Shown: positions 63,051 to 64,000 of the stretch, in pieces
How the letters are laid out: the number at the start of each line of letters is the position of its first letter
Numbering within the stretch: the stretch's first letter is position 1
Source: Escherichia phage EP01
Direction: 5' to 3' (one strand)
Sequence record: OM135583.1
DNA: 64,000 nt
Position numbers and translations under genes: made by a program
The notes under the pieces: generated by a model
Databases searched by the model: none
Told to the model about the DNA's origin: nothing
What the model saw: only the letters and a program-made list of their open reading frames with translations

Positions 63051-63989
63051 TTATTTAAATTGTTCAGTAACGTCTTCAACTACTTCGTATTGACAGGTAC
63101 GCATTTTAGCATCGTTGTAATCAATCGGAATTGATACTACATCACGCGGATGTACTTTAACTTTTACAACTCGGCTGGTTGAACTACCAAAGTGACGAAT
63201 ATAAGATTTAGAACACACATGCAGACCACGAGAACAAGTTTGTGTATCATCGTCATTCACACGAGTACGTGGCATTTTAACTACTTTACCAGGGCTGTTA
63301 TCAAAAGTATTTGAATGACAGTCAAAGTAATTGCTGCGAACTACTTTCCAAGCATAGAAGTAGCCGTCTTCTGTAATTTCAATATCGTTTGCTACCAAGA
63401 AATCAAAGAGTCGAGATACTGCTTTTTGGCTTGGGTTTTCCAGCAGATTTTCCAGGAACGGAAAATAAAATTCAAAGTTTTCGCCTTTTTCCATCGAATC
63501 GAGAATACGATCAACTAAACCAGACCGCAATTCAATGTTTTGATAGAACAAGCTTCCACCTTCAATTCGAACATCACCCGAAATATATTTTTCAACAGCG
63601 CGACGAACGTTAATTTTTTGTGCCGCTTCTTCTAATTTATCTGCAACAAGCAGGTTAAGAATTTCCTGGAAGTTTGAATGAGTATTAGGAGTTGCGTTAT
63701 AAGTTACGCCGTCAACAGTAATTGAAATGAATTTTTTAGATGCATTCCAAATAATGTCAGATTTAGCAACTGGAGCAATAGCTACATCACTCTTAACTTC
63801 AACTGTAATGTCACCGCTAATGGTAACTTTAGAGCGTTCAGCTTCTTTAGCATTTTTCAAAACACGACGGATTGTGTCAACCGATACACCTTGCCAATCA
63901 GCCAATTCCTGTTGGGTATAATTACCGCTTGAATACAGTTTAACAATTTCAGCTTGTTCGTTTTTGGTCAGGCATTTAATATTGTACAT
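63051..63989 (-). CDS. rIIB: rIIB rapid-lysis / exclusion protein
   Basis: 312 aa (T4 size), recognised N-terminus MYNIKCLTKNEQAEIVKLY; AAGGA SD. Confidence 0.93.
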   Translation of the reverse strand: MYNIKCLTKNEQAEIVKLYSSGNYTQQELADWQGVSVDTIRRVLKNAKEAERSKVTISGDITVEVKSDVAIAPVAKSDIIWNASKKFISITVDGVTYNATPNTHSNFQEILNLLVADKLEEAAQKINVRRAVEKYISGDVRIEGGSLFYQNIELRSGLVDRILDSMEKGENFEFYFPFLENLLENPSQKAVSRLFDFLVANDIEITEDGYFYAWKVVRSNYFDCHSNTFDNSPGKVVKMPRTRVNDDDTQTCSRGLHVCSKSYIRHFGSSTSRVVKVKVHPRDVVSIPIDYNDAKMRTCQYEVVEDVTEQFK

Positions 63990-64000
63990 AATTTTCCTTA

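Overview
This window is a contiguous segment of a T4-like (T-even, Tequatrovirus-type) phage genome, running from the 3' end of gene 21 through head genes 22/23/24, hoc/inh, uvsW/uvsY, the baseplate hub cluster (25, 26, 51, 27, 28, 29, 48, 54), alt, DNA ligase (30), the 30.x/rIII/31/cd/pseT/alc block, rnlA, denA, nrdB/nrdA, td, frd, 32, 59, 33, dsbA, rnh, long tail fibre genes 34-38, holin t, asiA, arn, motA, 52, ac, stp, ndd, denB and rIIB. Late structural genes lie on the + strand behind TATAAATA late promoters; early and middle genes lie on the - strand behind repeated GTTTAC-type early promoters and GC-rich UUCG-type hairpins. No tRNA, rRNA, CRISPR array, transposase or integrase was seen. 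Almost everything is the canonical T4 core; I do not see an obviously new multi-gene system. The loci that look different from T4 as I remember it are: a 0.4 kb insertion with one unknown ORF between frd and td; an 88-aa reverse-strand ORF in the 23-24 gap where T4 carries segD; two full-length tandem Alt-family ADP-ribosyltransferase genes; a Hoc lacking one Ig-like domain; intron-less td and nrdB; no segG; and a NADAR/YbiA-like ORF near alt. All comparisons to T4 are from memory and no database search was run; protein identities rest on recognised sequence, length and gene order.
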